Source of the DNA: Escherichia coli
Lineage (GTDB): Bacteria > Pseudomonadota > Gammaproteobacteria > Enterobacterales > Enterobacteriaceae
Assembly: GCA_025544715.1 (NCBI GenBank)
Contig: GCA_025544715.1_4109.4
Length of the DNA stretch: 34,224 nt
Strand: one strand, 5' to 3'
Shown: positions 1 through 7,787 of the stretch, piece by piece
How the letters are laid out: each line of letters opens with the position of its first letter
Numbering within the stretch: position 1 is the stretch's first letter
Position numbers and translations under genes: made by a program
Notes under the pieces: generated by a model
What the model saw: only the letters and a program-made list of their open reading frames with translations
Told to the model about the DNA's origin: nothing
Databases searched by the model: none

Positions 1-151
1 GTGCCGAGATCCGTCCAAAATTCATAAAATTTAAAAAGGATACACTCCCGCACCTTAGCAGGTCATAGCACTTTCTCAGCACTGAATCATAGTATCATAG
101 TACGCCCCAGGATGGCAAGCAAATTAATTAAAACTTTTTGCTTTTAGGCTA

Positions 152-180
152 TTGCTTTTATAATTCAGTACTGCTATAAT
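152..180 (+). promoter_or_regulatory. sigma70-like promoter candidate TTGCTT-17 bp-TATAAT with CAGTACTG box in spacer
   Basis: TTGCTT 152-157, 17-nt spacer containing CAGTACTG (166-173), TATAAT 175-180. TTGCTT also resembles a T4 MotA-box core, so class is ambiguous. Confidence 0.4.
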
Positions 181-402
181 TATTTCATCAAGTCGAGAAA
201 GACTATAGCCCACCGGGTGCATAGTTACGCCTAAAATTCAGTACTAGATTATTTTTAAAAATATTCATCCAGGCGGTTGACATTACCCCCAGTTTATTAG
301 ATAATGATTCCAGATTCAGAAAAATCTAACTCCAGATACTGCGGGGAAACCATCCCCACGCGGTAGGGGAACTATTGGAAAAAACAGAATAAAAATTTTG
401 AT

Positions 403-560
403 TTAGCCGTCTATACATCCAGACGTGTAACCATCTAGCCGTTTAGCCGTCCAAACGTCTAGCAGTACAGCCATCTAGAAATCTAGCCATCCAGCCGCCT
501 AGAGGGATAGCCATCTTTACTTCCAGCCATCTGGAGGTCTAGACATCTCTACGTCTAAAT
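403..560. repeat. iteron-like cluster of short degenerate direct repeats, CTAG-rich
   Basis: Recurring units TAGCCGTC / CCATCTAG / AGCCATC / ACGTCTA over about 160 bp; locally GC-richer than surroundings; at least 6 CTAG tetramers. Confidence 0.45.
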
Positions 561-1342
561 TTAACCTAGGGTTACTACGCCCAAAATCCGTCAGTACTAT
601 ACCATAGATCTATCTTTATGAAGAGAGTATTCAGTACTGCCATCATAGCCCTCACTATGTTACCTTGGGAGGATGAAGACTATCATGTAGTACTGAATAC
701 TGTTAGTGGATAATCCACCAGCACAAGCTGGTGGCATAATGCGTTAGATTAATATCAGTACTGCTACCATTCTGTTAATAACAGTACTGTTTATATTACG
801 AAAAAAGAGGTTGTCAAAGATGAACTGCCTCAAAGGAGGATTCAATCTAATCTGTACTGTCTCACGACAGGAGGTAGAGTGAATGAATTGTTTGCGGCAA
901 CTCATCTCTCTATGTAGAACATTATACAGTACTGAATCATAATGTCAATAGCTTTCTTTCATTTATTCAGTACTAAAATTGTATAATCTGTATCTCTACA
1001 AAACTCATTATATCCCACAAATCCTATATGTCCCAACGTAAATTTCAACTTTCGAAGATCGAACTTTTATTTCATAGGTACTCCAAAATTTTTACGATCC
1101 AGATTTAGGATGGAGTACTAACCAACTTTTTGCTGGAGCCTCAAGGGGTAATTGAAATTTTCCCCGAAGGGTAAAGAGGTAATTGAAATTAAGGTGAAAG
1201 TAATAATTCAGTACTAATCATTGCGTGATTACTTTTGATTACATTTGATGTAATTTGAAAAATGGAAAAGGAGCTTGGAAACTACAAAGTACGGCAGACT
1301 TCCTCTGCCTACTTAGTGGCATATCAGTACTGAATCCTTCCC

Positions 1343-1372
1343 GTGCATTCTTGTGCATTCTTGAGCATTCTT
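1343..1372. repeat. 3 x 10-bp tandem repeat (GTGCATTCTT, GTGCATTCTT, GAGCATTCTT)
   Basis: Direct read of three head-to-tail units. Confidence 0.6.
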
Positions 1373-1443
1373 GTCTATACTAATCAGTACTGAATCATAT
1401 ATAATCATTCTGTGATTCTACGGTGCTCATATAAATGTTTATA

Positions 1444-1472
1444 TATGATTACTTATGACTACCTATGATTAC
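1444..1472. repeat. 3 copies of TATGATTAC / TATGACTAC at 10-bp period
   Basis: Direct read; follows a TCAGTACTGAATC box. Confidence 0.5.
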
Positions 1473-1512
1473 GGGGTTTAGCCTGGGGAGAATCCTAGTG
1501 ATCGCATTTGTC

Positions 1513-1552
1513 CAGGCTGAATTTTAACATATGCAACATATGTTAAAGCCTG
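1513..1552. other. long imperfect inverted repeat (about 16 bp stem with 5-nt bulge, 3-nt loop) abutting a TATAAT
   Basis: CAGGCT-gaatt-TTAACATATG / caa / CATATGTTAAAGCCTG; TATAAT immediately follows at 1553-1558; no U-tract, so not a canonical terminator. Confidence 0.4.
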
Positions 1553-1597
1553 TATAATGCTTCCACTACGGAGCTTCCCCTGTCTATATGTGTTTAA

Positions 1598-1807
1598 TTA
1601 CTTCCTATATATAAGCATTAAGATATAGTAGTACTGATTGTACTGTACATTCTCTTTAATATTATAAGGGTCTATAGCAATCTCGGTACATTTATTAAAT
1701 TTATATCGAGTCATTAATAGAGGGATTAGAGCGTTAATCCACACTTGTTCATTCTCTTTGAGTTTACTTATATAGTACTCTTTATACTCTTTATACTCTT
1801 TATACAT
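1598..1807 (-). CDS. small tandem-paralog protein (KEYY family), 69 aa, N-terminal KEY x3 repeat
   Basis: ATG start; N-term MYKEYKEYKEYYISKL and C-term LMLIYRK fit the family; contains 3 perfect 9-bp repeats. Confidence 0.6.
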   Translation of the reverse strand: MYKEYKEYKEYYISKLKENEQVWINALIPLLMTRYKFNKCTEIAIDPYNIKENVQYNQYYYILMLIYRK

Positions 1808-1820
1808 AGTATTATCTCTA

Positions 1821-2003
1821 TTAATATGATAGTACTAGTGTTAGTACTGAGCACAATTGTTCTTTATAGTTCTTAGGGTGTATAGAATCTTTTATGCACT
1901 CATTAAAGTGCCATAGGTATAATCTTGGGTCGCATTCTTTATATATTCTTACGGGGACGAATGTTAGTTTTCGTATATAGAATTCTTTATGTTCTTTATT
2001 CAT
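1821..2003 (-). CDS. small tandem-paralog protein (KEYY family), 60 aa
   Basis: ATG start; N-term MNKEHKEFYIRKL; tandem with paralogs. Confidence 0.6.
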   Translation of the reverse strand: MNKEHKEFYIRKLTFVPVRIYKECDPRLYLWHFNECIKDSIHPKNYKEQLCSVLTLVLSY

Positions 2004-2008
2004 ATTAG

Positions 2009-2194
2009 TTAGTGTCTGTATATAAGTAATAGTAAGAATACGTACTGCACATCTTCATCTTTAGTATTGAGTACTGTACGTATTGCGTCATTAAACAAGA
2101 ATATAGTACTTGGGTCATGAAAATTTAAAGGGATTCTGGGTACGGCATGTTTGTAGTTCCCTTTAACAAATTGTGTGTAGTATTCTTTATGCAT
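2009..2194 (-). CDS. small tandem-paralog protein (KEYY family), 61 aa
   Basis: ATG start in conserved junction gtagtattctttatgcat; N-term MHKEYY, C-term LLLIYRH. Confidence 0.65.
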   Translation of the reverse strand: MHKEYYTQFVKGNYKHAVPRIPLNFHDPSTIFLFNDAIRTVLNTKDEDVQYVFLLLLIYRH

Positions 2195-2195
2195 G

Positions 2196-2381
2196 TTAGT
2201 ACCTATATATTAGTAAAAGGATGTGATACAGTACTCGATTATAGTCTTCAATATCTATCGAGGATTTAGTGCACTTAATGAAGTAGTCTTTTTCGTAGTC
2301 TTTTTCTATACCCAATGCAACGTTTGGTACAAGGTGTTGGAGATACATTGGGAGTTTCTCTATGTAGTATTCTTTATACAT
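2196..2381 (-). CDS. small tandem-paralog protein (KEYY family), 61 aa
   Basis: N-term MYKEYYIEKLP, C-term LLLIYRY; SD AAGGAT upstream. Confidence 0.65.
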   Translation of the reverse strand: MYKEYYIEKLPMYLQHLVPNVALGIEKDYEKDYFIKCTKSSIDIEDYNRVLYHILLLIYRY

Positions 2382-2390
2382 ATATTATCC

Positions 2391-2579
2391 TTAGTACTGG
2401 AACGCGAGATACAGGGTGTGGTACAGTTGTACTTGATAATTGTTTTCATTAAGTAATTGTTCAGTACATGTGCGGAAGTAATCAGCTTCGTATATACAGT
2501 TAATATCACGATGTTCATCTTCTAATAGATTGCCTTGTAGAAACTTTGGCAGGTCTTTAATGTAGAATTCTTTATGCAT
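2391..2579 (-). CDS. small tandem-paralog protein (KEYY family), 62 aa
   Basis: N-term MHKEFYIKDLP; family member. Confidence 0.65.
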   Translation of the reverse strand: MHKEFYIKDLPKFLQGNLLEDEHRDINCIYEADYFRTCTEQLLNENNYQVQLYHTLYLAFQY

Positions 2580-2588
2580 ATTATTTCC

Positions 2589-2783
2589 TTAGTACACGAA
2601 CGAGAGGTACAGAGTGTGGAATAGTACTCGATGATAGGTTGCATCTTCGTTTATGCATACGTTAGTACACATAATGAAGTACGCTTTATTGTTCACGGTG
2701 TTTAAGTCTCTAGGTTTATCTAGGAGATCTATTAGGTACTGTGGAAAATATTTTCTGTATAATTCTCTGTGTTCATTATTCAT
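2589..2783 (-). CDS. small tandem-paralog protein (KEYY family), 64 aa
   Basis: N-term MNNEHRELY; conserved Y-F-x-x-C-T core. Confidence 0.6.
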   Translation of the reverse strand: MNNEHRELYRKYFPQYLIDLLDKPRDLNTVNNKAYFIMCTNVCINEDATYHRVLFHTLYLSFVY

Positions 2784-2784
2784 A

Positions 2785-2973
2785 TTAGTACCTGTATATT
2801 AGATTTAGTACATTGTACAGGTTATACATATCATCATATTCTTCTTCTATTGTACGAAATATATGCGTGCGGTAGTATCTTGTGTTGCTCTTATCTTTAA
2901 AATTTACAGGTTCGCGGGTAATAAGCTTTTGGTAATTAATTGTAAGTTTACTTATGTAGTATTCTTTATACAT
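2785..2973 (-). CDS. small tandem-paralog protein (KEYY family), 62 aa
   Basis: N-term MYKEYYISKL, C-term LNLIYRY. Confidence 0.65.
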   Translation of the reverse strand: MYKEYYISKLTINYQKLITREPVNFKDKSNTRYYRTHIFRTIEEEYDDMYNLYNVLNLIYRY

Positions 2974-2975
2974 AA

Positions 2976-3158
2976 TTAGTACCTGTATATAAGTAGGATA
3001 ATGTTATATAGCTGGTCTAAACTGCTACTGTTTTCTATGCAGCGTTCTATACAATTTTCGAATCCAAGTACAGCCAAATCATTATCCAGTACTAATTTAT
3101 GTCGAGCGAAGTGTTCCATAATGCTGGGTAGTTTTTGTATGTAGTATTCTTTATGCAT
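2976..3158 (-). CDS. small tandem-paralog protein (KEYY family), 60 aa (start moved to internal ATG)
   Basis: Track ORF 2976..3221 begins at a non-family extension; the family start MHKEYYIQKL is the ATG at 3156-3158; C-term ILLIYRY. Confidence 0.6.
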   Translation of the reverse strand: MHKEYYIQKLPSIMEHFARHKLVLDNDLAVLGFENCIERCIENSSSLDQLYNIILLIYRY

Positions 3159-3822
3159 AGTTTGCAATATATGTAATGAGGTGATGCATTTTCTTATTAG
3201 TACTGATAAGTTCCTGTACATGTTTTGTAAGATTGTACGCGTTTTTGTACAACTCTGGATTATCGATTACAGTACTGTACATGAATAGTTCTTCTTCCTG
3301 TAGTTCTTTATGTTCTAGTTCTTTGAGGAATTCTACAATTGATTTAGTTTCTTCTGTACGTTGTGCTTGCCAGAAGTGCATATTCTCGTGTACTTTTTCT
3401 GCATCAGTAGAGTATATGCCACCCATTTGGAATTGTGCTGTATTGACATCGTGGGAGGTGTTACAATTCCCGAAGAAGTATGTATTCCCGAAGTATAGCA
3501 TTAAAGTGCACGGGGTATTATCCAACTGCATATTGATGATGAAGGATGCGTTCTTTAGTACCTTCGTGCTCGTATTAGTACTCAATACTTTTAAATCAGT
3601 ATTATAGATATTCATATAATGAACAGCTATATTATTTTTCTTCATGTACAATCCCAGGTTCTTTGATACGTTAACTCCATTTGTACTGTTTTTTTTACTT
3701 TTCTTTAGGTTCTTTAGTACATTAGGGTGATACGTATATGCAGATGTAACTGATTCTGCCTGAATACTGTTGAGATACTTAAAGTGCTTAAGGTATTGTT
3801 TGCTGTGTGCATTAAGTTTCAT
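3151..3822 (-). CDS. hypothetical protein, 223 aa, unrelated insert within the small-protein array
   Basis: ATG start with SD AAGGAA; no family termini; Asn/Lys-rich N-half, acidic helical C-half. Confidence 0.6.
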   Translation of the reverse strand: MKLNAHSKQYLKHFKYLNSIQAESVTSAYTYHPNVLKNLKKSKKNSTNGVNVSKNLGLYMKKNNIAVHYMNIYNTDLKVLSTNTSTKVLKNASFIINMQLDNTPCTLMLYFGNTYFFGNCNTSHDVNTAQFQMGGIYSTDAEKVHENMHFWQAQRTEETKSIVEFLKELEHKELQEEELFMYSTVIDNPELYKNAYNLTKHVQELISTNKKMHHLITYIANYA

Positions 3823-3832
3823 TTGGTTTCCT

Positions 3833-4012
3833 TTATATAGATGCCAAGGCGAGGATTTCCCTGTAGGGATTATCTTGTGTTAGTACAGCATAAATGCAGC
3901 TATTGAGATTAATATTTTTAGTACTTTTTGTTCCTAGGTTGTAGTAATCAACGAATGTGTCGTACATGAAACGGTCTTTTATGGTTATACGTTCTATATA
4001 GAATTGGTTCAT
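3833..4012 (-). CDS. small tandem-paralog protein, 59 aa (below track length cutoff)
   Basis: Hand-translated: MNQFYIERITIKDRFMYDTFVDYYNLGTKSTKNINLNSCIYAVLTQDNPYREILALASI; fills the gap between array members. Confidence 0.45.
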   Translation of the reverse strand: MNQFYIERITIKDRFMYDTFVDYYNLGTKSTKNINLNSCIYAVLTQDNPYREILALASI

Positions 4013-4020
4013 AGTATTCC

Positions 4021-4203
4021 TTATATAGAGATTAGTTTCATTACTTCTCTGTATGTGTACTTTTCGTTTTGTGCATCTCTTGTGACGACATATAGGAAGG
4101 TGTGTTTATCTTTTTTGTTCCCGCAATTGTAGAAAATATTGAACTTATTGAAGTTGAATCTTTCGGCGTGTTGTAGTTTAGTTAAATAGAATTCTATGTT
4201 CAT
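4021..4203 (-). CDS. small tandem-paralog protein, 60 aa
   Basis: ATG start; MNIEFYLTKLQ; similar to neighbour 4212..4397 (C-term TYREVMKLISI vs TYRAVLKLIEM). Confidence 0.6.
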   Translation of the reverse strand: MNIEFYLTKLQHAERFNFNKFNIFYNCGNKKDKHTFLYVVTRDAQNEKYTYREVMKLISI

Positions 4204-4211
4204 TTTCTTCC

Positions 4212-4397
4212 TTACATTTCAATAAGTTTCAGTACTGCTCGGTACGTGTACTTAGTTGTTAGTGCTTCTTTAATAGAAATGCAGAAGTAATGTTGTTTGT
4301 CTCTTATACTGCCGCGTTTGTAGTACCACACATGGGAGTTGTGACTGTACTTGTCTCTGTCGGATAGTTGTTGGTAGTAGTAGCTTATATGATTCAT
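4212..4397 (-). CDS. small tandem-paralog protein, 61 aa
   Basis: ATG start; paralog of 4021..4203. Confidence 0.6.
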   Translation of the reverse strand: MNHISYYYQQLSDRDKYSHNSHVWYYKRGSIRDKQHYFCISIKEALTTKYTYRAVLKLIEM

Positions 4398-4444
4398 TGT
4401 AATTAGCCTTACTATGTTAAAGTACTCGGTCCCTGGTGTACCTT

Positions 4445-4639
4445 TTAGAACTTAAAGATGAGGTTCAGGATAGAGCGGTACTTAGTTGCAGGGAACGTAT
4501 GTTCTATTGCATAACGTGTCACCATCCTGAAATCGTAATTATAATACAGATTATCCTTTCTCATAGGTGGTGCTAAAGAGAATGATAGCTGTTCTTGTTT
4601 GGGTAGTTTACTACAATAGAAATCTTTATGATTATTCAT
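4445..4639 (-). CDS. small tandem-paralog protein, 64 aa
   Basis: ATG start; N-term MNNHKDFYCSKLP, C-term LNLIFKF. Confidence 0.6.
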   Translation of the reverse strand: MNNHKDFYCSKLPKQEQLSFSLAPPMRKDNLYYNYDFRMVTRYAIEHTFPATKYRSILNLIFKF

Positions 4640-4841
4640 AGAAATATATTAGTCCTATTAAACCTGAGTACATAATATTTTTGTTATTACATTCGATTGC
4701 TTCTATAGTACTACGTATACAATTATTAAAGCAATCTCTGGCGTGTGGTGTATCTATACTTAAAGGTGATACACTCCTTAGAAACAATTGTTCTTCGTTG
4801 CTAAGGTATTTGGTGTAGAATTCTTTATGTTCAGTATTCAT
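4632..4841 (-). CDS. small tandem-paralog protein, 69 aa
   Basis: ATG start; N-term MNTEHKEFYTKYL; 8-nt overlap with downstream gene. Confidence 0.6.
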   Translation of the reverse strand: MNTEHKEFYTKYLSNEEQLFLRSVSPLSIDTPHARDCFNNCIRSTIEAIECNNKNIMYSGLIGLIYFYE

Positions 4842-4842
4842 A

Positions 4843-5052
4843 TTAGTACTCGATTAATAGTGTTAAGATGAAATAGTACTGCATAGACTCGTTACCTTCA
4901 AGGAAATTCCTTATGAGGTTATTTCTGACTGAGTTAAGCAGAAGTGCCGAACGTTTTGCATTTGCAAGTATAATTTGTTGATGCTCTATGCTATTCTGTT
5001 CACCTTTTGACAGAGCACATAGGTAGTACTGCATAATTTGTTCTTGGGTCAT
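4843..5052 (-). CDS. small protein, 69 aa, divergent array member
   Basis: ATG start overlapping upstream stop; weaker family resemblance. Confidence 0.5.
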   Translation of the reverse strand: MTQEQIMQYYLCALSKGEQNSIEHQQIILANAKRSALLLNSVRNNLIRNFLEGNESMQYYFILTLLIEY

Positions 5053-5294
5053 ATAGATGCCAGTACTAAAAGGTTAATGAATCGTTTACTTTCATCAGGG
5101 TTTTGAAGTCCCTCAAAGATGTCCTCTATAAAGCAATTCAACATAAGTGCACTTGTTGGGGTAGTACTTTTTTTGAGGGTATTGATTGCACAGAATTTTG
5201 AAAGGAAGAATGCGAAATCTTCTGCGTTCATGTAGCTCATATAGTTCTTAGTACTTTGGCTAAGTGCTTGGTAGTGATCTATTACATTGTTCAT
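5049..5294 (-). CDS. small protein, 81 aa, first gene of the minus-strand array
   Basis: ATG with SD AAGGAG 6 nt upstream; directly downstream of the consensus promoter at 5318-5346. Confidence 0.6.
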   Translation of the reverse strand: MNNVIDHYQALSQSTKNYMSYMNAEDFAFFLSKFCAINTLKKSTTPTSALMLNCFIEDIFEGLQNPDESKRFINLLVLASI

Positions 5295-5317
5295 GAAATT
5301 CTCCTTATATTTTTTAT

Positions 5318-5346
5318 ATTATAAATGAGTCCAGAAAGGATGTCAA
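5318..5346 (-). promoter_or_regulatory. consensus sigma70 promoter TTGACA-17-TATAAT for the small-protein array
   Basis: Minus-strand read: TTGACA (plus 5341-5346), 17-nt spacer, TATAAT (plus 5318-5323), then SD and ATG of 5049..5294. Confidence 0.65.
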
Positions 5347-5359
5347 GGGTTTTCTTTTT

Positions 5360-5395
5360 GTGGTAAATATGATATAACAAATAAAGGAGGGATTT
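5360..5395 (+). promoter_or_regulatory. conserved 5' cassette of leader-family gene 1 (-10-like TATAAC, SD AAGGAGG)
   Basis: AAATATGATATAACAAATAAAGGAGGGATTTATG aligns with the cassette upstream of the other family genes; -35 unclear. Confidence 0.35.
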
Positions 5396-6598
5396 ATGTT
5401 ACCTTTTGGAAGAATGATTAAGTACGCAAATATTGCACCAGGTCCAGAACCTGTAGAGTTCTCAGATGTTTTACAACAACATTATACAAACTGTATGTAT
5501 CTACATAACCCAACTAATACTTTATATGGTTATGGTAGTAATAACATGTATCAATTTGGTCTTGGGAATTCAGCAGCAGTTTCGTCATTTACAGTACTTG
5601 CAAGGAACTGTGCAGCCTTTTGGCTTGGTGTTCAAGGTTCATTGATGATTGATTTGGATAATAAAATATACTACACTGGGTCGGTTGGTGCATTTTCTGA
5701 TTATGGAGATGCAACACCTGTTAATGGTTATTTGACAACATGGACTGATGTTACTGTTGCATTTAATAAAATAGGTGTTATGGCTAATATGATCAAGAGT
5801 GTATATATAGGTGAAAGTACTAGAATATTATTAACCGATGGTAGAGTAATTGCGTGTGGAAGAAATACCAATGGTGAATGTGGCTCTGGTAATAAAAATT
5901 CCATCCCTACACTCACAGTTATGACTAATATGGGTGAAGTTACACATATGGCATGTTCATTACAAGGAACGCACTATATCAAATCAAATAAAGATGCATG
6001 GTTTTGTGGTAAGGATAACTTTGGTGAAAGTGGATGTGGTGGTAGTTCTGTTGTATATTTGAACAAATTCGTGATTAGTAATGTAGAACATATTAGTACT
6101 ACATACGATGTTACATGGTGGTTTACTACTGGTGGGCCTGTATATTATAGCGGGGCTAACAGTACTGGACAAGCGGGTAATGGTACGACTACATCGGTAA
6201 ATCAGCTAACACCAATTAGGAACACATCGGTCACGGTTGATGTAAGTAAGTACAGTACTTTTATTTGTCCAAGTAATATGGGAAATGCATCAATTGGTGC
6301 ACCTATGGCACAATACGCACCATATGTTAGAAGTAGTGGTGCTAACTCATATGGTCAAGAAGGTAATGGAACTAATACATTAGTTAGAACTTGGAATATT
6401 TTTAATCTTAGTGCAATAAGTGGTGGTTATGAAAATGTTCTTATGGCATCTAAAGATTGGAGCAGAACCATAATAATTACTAAAGATTATAAATTATATG
6501 CATGTGGTGGCTGGAATGGAAATGGTGGTAGATTGCCAGATGGCACTTATAGTATTACTACACTAACATTAATGCCAACGCAGTTATGGCAACAATAG
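5396..6598 (+). CDS. leader-tagged RCC1-like beta-propeller protein, 400 aa
   Basis: ATG after AAGGAGG; N-term MLPFGRMIKYAN; repeated GxNxxG(Q/E)xGxG motifs (NGECGSGN, GQAGNGT, GQEGNGT); S/T/N/G/Y-rich. Confidence 0.8.
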   Translation: MLPFGRMIKYANIAPGPEPVEFSDVLQQHYTNCMYLHNPTNTLYGYGSNNMYQFGLGNSAAVSSFTVLARNCAAFWLGVQGSLMIDLDNKIYYTGSVGAFSDYGDATPVNGYLTTWTDVTVAFNKIGVMANMIKSVYIGESTRILLTDGRVIACGRNTNGECGSGNKNSIPTLTVMTNMGEVTHMACSLQGTHYIKSNKDAWFCGKDNFGESGCGGSSVVYLNKFVISNVEHISTTYDVTWWFTTGGPVYYSGANSTGQAGNGTTTSVNQLTPIRNTSVTVDVSKYSTFICPSNMGNASIGAPMAQYAPYVRSSGANSYGQEGNGTNTLVRTWNIFNLSAISGGYENVLMASKDWSRTIIITKDYKLYACGGWNGNGGRLPDGTYSITTLTLMPTQLWQQ

Positions 6599-6606
6599 GA
6601 GGGAAT

Positions 6607-7716
6607 ATGTTACCTTTTGGAAGAATAATTAGGTATGGAAATATTGTCCCTGGTCCTAAAAAAATAATTAAAGTTGGTGCTTCTACCCAAGGCCAATTCT
6701 TATTGACTGATTCACATGATTTATATTACATAGGTAGAAATCAAGGTGGTGAATCTGGAAATGGTAATACCAACACGGTGTCTTCGTGGACATTAGTAAG
6801 TGCAGATGTTTCTAATTTTTTCGTGGGTGATCGTACACTTGTTATTATTAAAAATGATAATACGATATGGACATCAGGTCAAACGTACTGGTTCTCATCT
6901 TCTACAACTACTTCTTACAGTACTGTATTAGTTGAAAGAACTAATTGGTTTACCAATGCTATACCAGTAAGTGAAATTGCTAATATTGTATGTACAAATG
7001 GTTTAATATTTGTACTTAGCACTAATTCAGTACTCTATGGTGCAGGAGATAATGGATATCGTGGTTCTTTGGGTATTGGTTCATCATCAATTTACACATT
7101 AACTCAATGTGCTACGAACGTTCGTAAAGTAATGACCAATGCGAATGATAGTATGTATCTTACATTAGATAATAAGCTATATAGTTCTGGATGGAATAGT
7201 AGTGGGCAGCATGGTACGGGGAACCAAACACAAATTAACACTTGGGGATTGCGTAGTTCTGGTGTAATCGATGCAGCCATTGGTGGTAATGCATTAAATT
7301 ACTATAATGGTACATCATATTTCGTATGTGGTCAAACTCCAAACTTTCTTAGTTCAGGTACGACTACATTCCGTGCAGTTCCTTTAAGTACTTTGCCTAA
7401 TAGTTCTCCGTTGTTTATGACGAATTCACCTGCCTTAAATACTGCTACACAAATGGTAATTACCAGTACATATCAGAAGGGTGTTGGGGCGAACCGTGGT
7501 TTGGGATTAAACAATTCTCAAACTGGTGCTATATATAGTGCTACCAATTTACAATTACCCGTTGAAGTTAGTGAGATTAGGGATGTTCTTTTTAGTGATG
7601 GTTTGACATCGATATTAACCAAAAATGGAGATGTGTATAGTACTGGATCGTATTACGCCATTCCAGGTGCAATCGAGGATGTTGCAGTCTTTACTAAAAT
7701 TGATTTACCAAAATAA
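6607..7716 (+). CDS. leader-tagged RCC1-like beta-propeller protein, 369 aa
   Basis: Track ORF starts upstream; family start MLPFGRIIRYGN is ATG 6607 with SD AGGAGGG overlapping upstream stop; motifs GGESGNGN, GQHGTGN. Confidence 0.8.
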   Translation: MLPFGRIIRYGNIVPGPKKIIKVGASTQGQFLLTDSHDLYYIGRNQGGESGNGNTNTVSSWTLVSADVSNFFVGDRTLVIIKNDNTIWTSGQTYWFSSSTTTSYSTVLVERTNWFTNAIPVSEIANIVCTNGLIFVLSTNSVLYGAGDNGYRGSLGIGSSSIYTLTQCATNVRKVMTNANDSMYLTLDNKLYSSGWNSSGQHGTGNQTQINTWGLRSSGVIDAAIGGNALNYYNGTSYFVCGQTPNFLSSGTTTFRAVPLSTLPNSSPLFMTNSPALNTATQMVITSTYQKGVGANRGLGLNNSQTGAIYSATNLQLPVEVSEIRDVLFSDGLTSILTKNGDVYSTGSYYAIPGAIEDVAVFTKIDLPK

Positions 7717-7722
7717 CATAAT

Positions 7723-7747
7723 GCCAGTACAGAGTACTGGCTTTCTT
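7723..7747 (+). terminator. intrinsic terminator (GCCAGTAC-aga-GTACTGGC plus T-tract)
   Basis: Perfect 8-bp stem, 3-nt loop, followed by TTTCTTATTT; just after the stop at 7714-7716. Confidence 0.65.
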
Positions 7748-7787
7748 ATTTGTATTAAATATAGTATAATGAATAAAGGAGGAATTT
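7748..7787 (+). promoter_or_regulatory. conserved 5' cassette (TATAAT -10-like element, SD AAAGGAGG)
   Basis: TTGTATTAAATATAGTATAATGAATAAAGGAGG repeated almost identically upstream of four other family genes; -35 poorly matched. Confidence 0.4.

Larger units (their letters stand above)
80..1410. repeat. dispersed copies (at least 12) of a TCAGTACTG(A) box in a non-coding region
   Basis: Box copies read near 166, 240, 592, 629, 698, 768, 783, 929, 969, 1209, 1325, 1385; flanks (t)TCAGTACTG(aat) conserved beyond the palindromic AGTACT core; no ORF >=60 aa in 1-1597. Confidence 0.55.

Noticed and set aside
1-1600. tRNA genes in the non-coding leader (T4 has a tRNA cluster near this map region)
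   Set aside because: I found no cloverleaf-like arrangement or GTTCGAATC-type T-loop by eye; this cannot be excluded without a tRNA scan.
2223-3607. Plus-strand ORFs 2223..2456 and 3233..3607 inside the minus-strand small-protein array
   Set aside because: Antisense to tightly packed, family-supported minus genes; no SD or promoter; low-complexity translations.
7748-7787. T4 late-promoter (TATAAATA) or MotA-box identity for the plus-strand family promoters
   Set aside because: The -10 reads TATAAT, not TATAAATA, and no TGCTT box lies at the right distance; class left unassigned.
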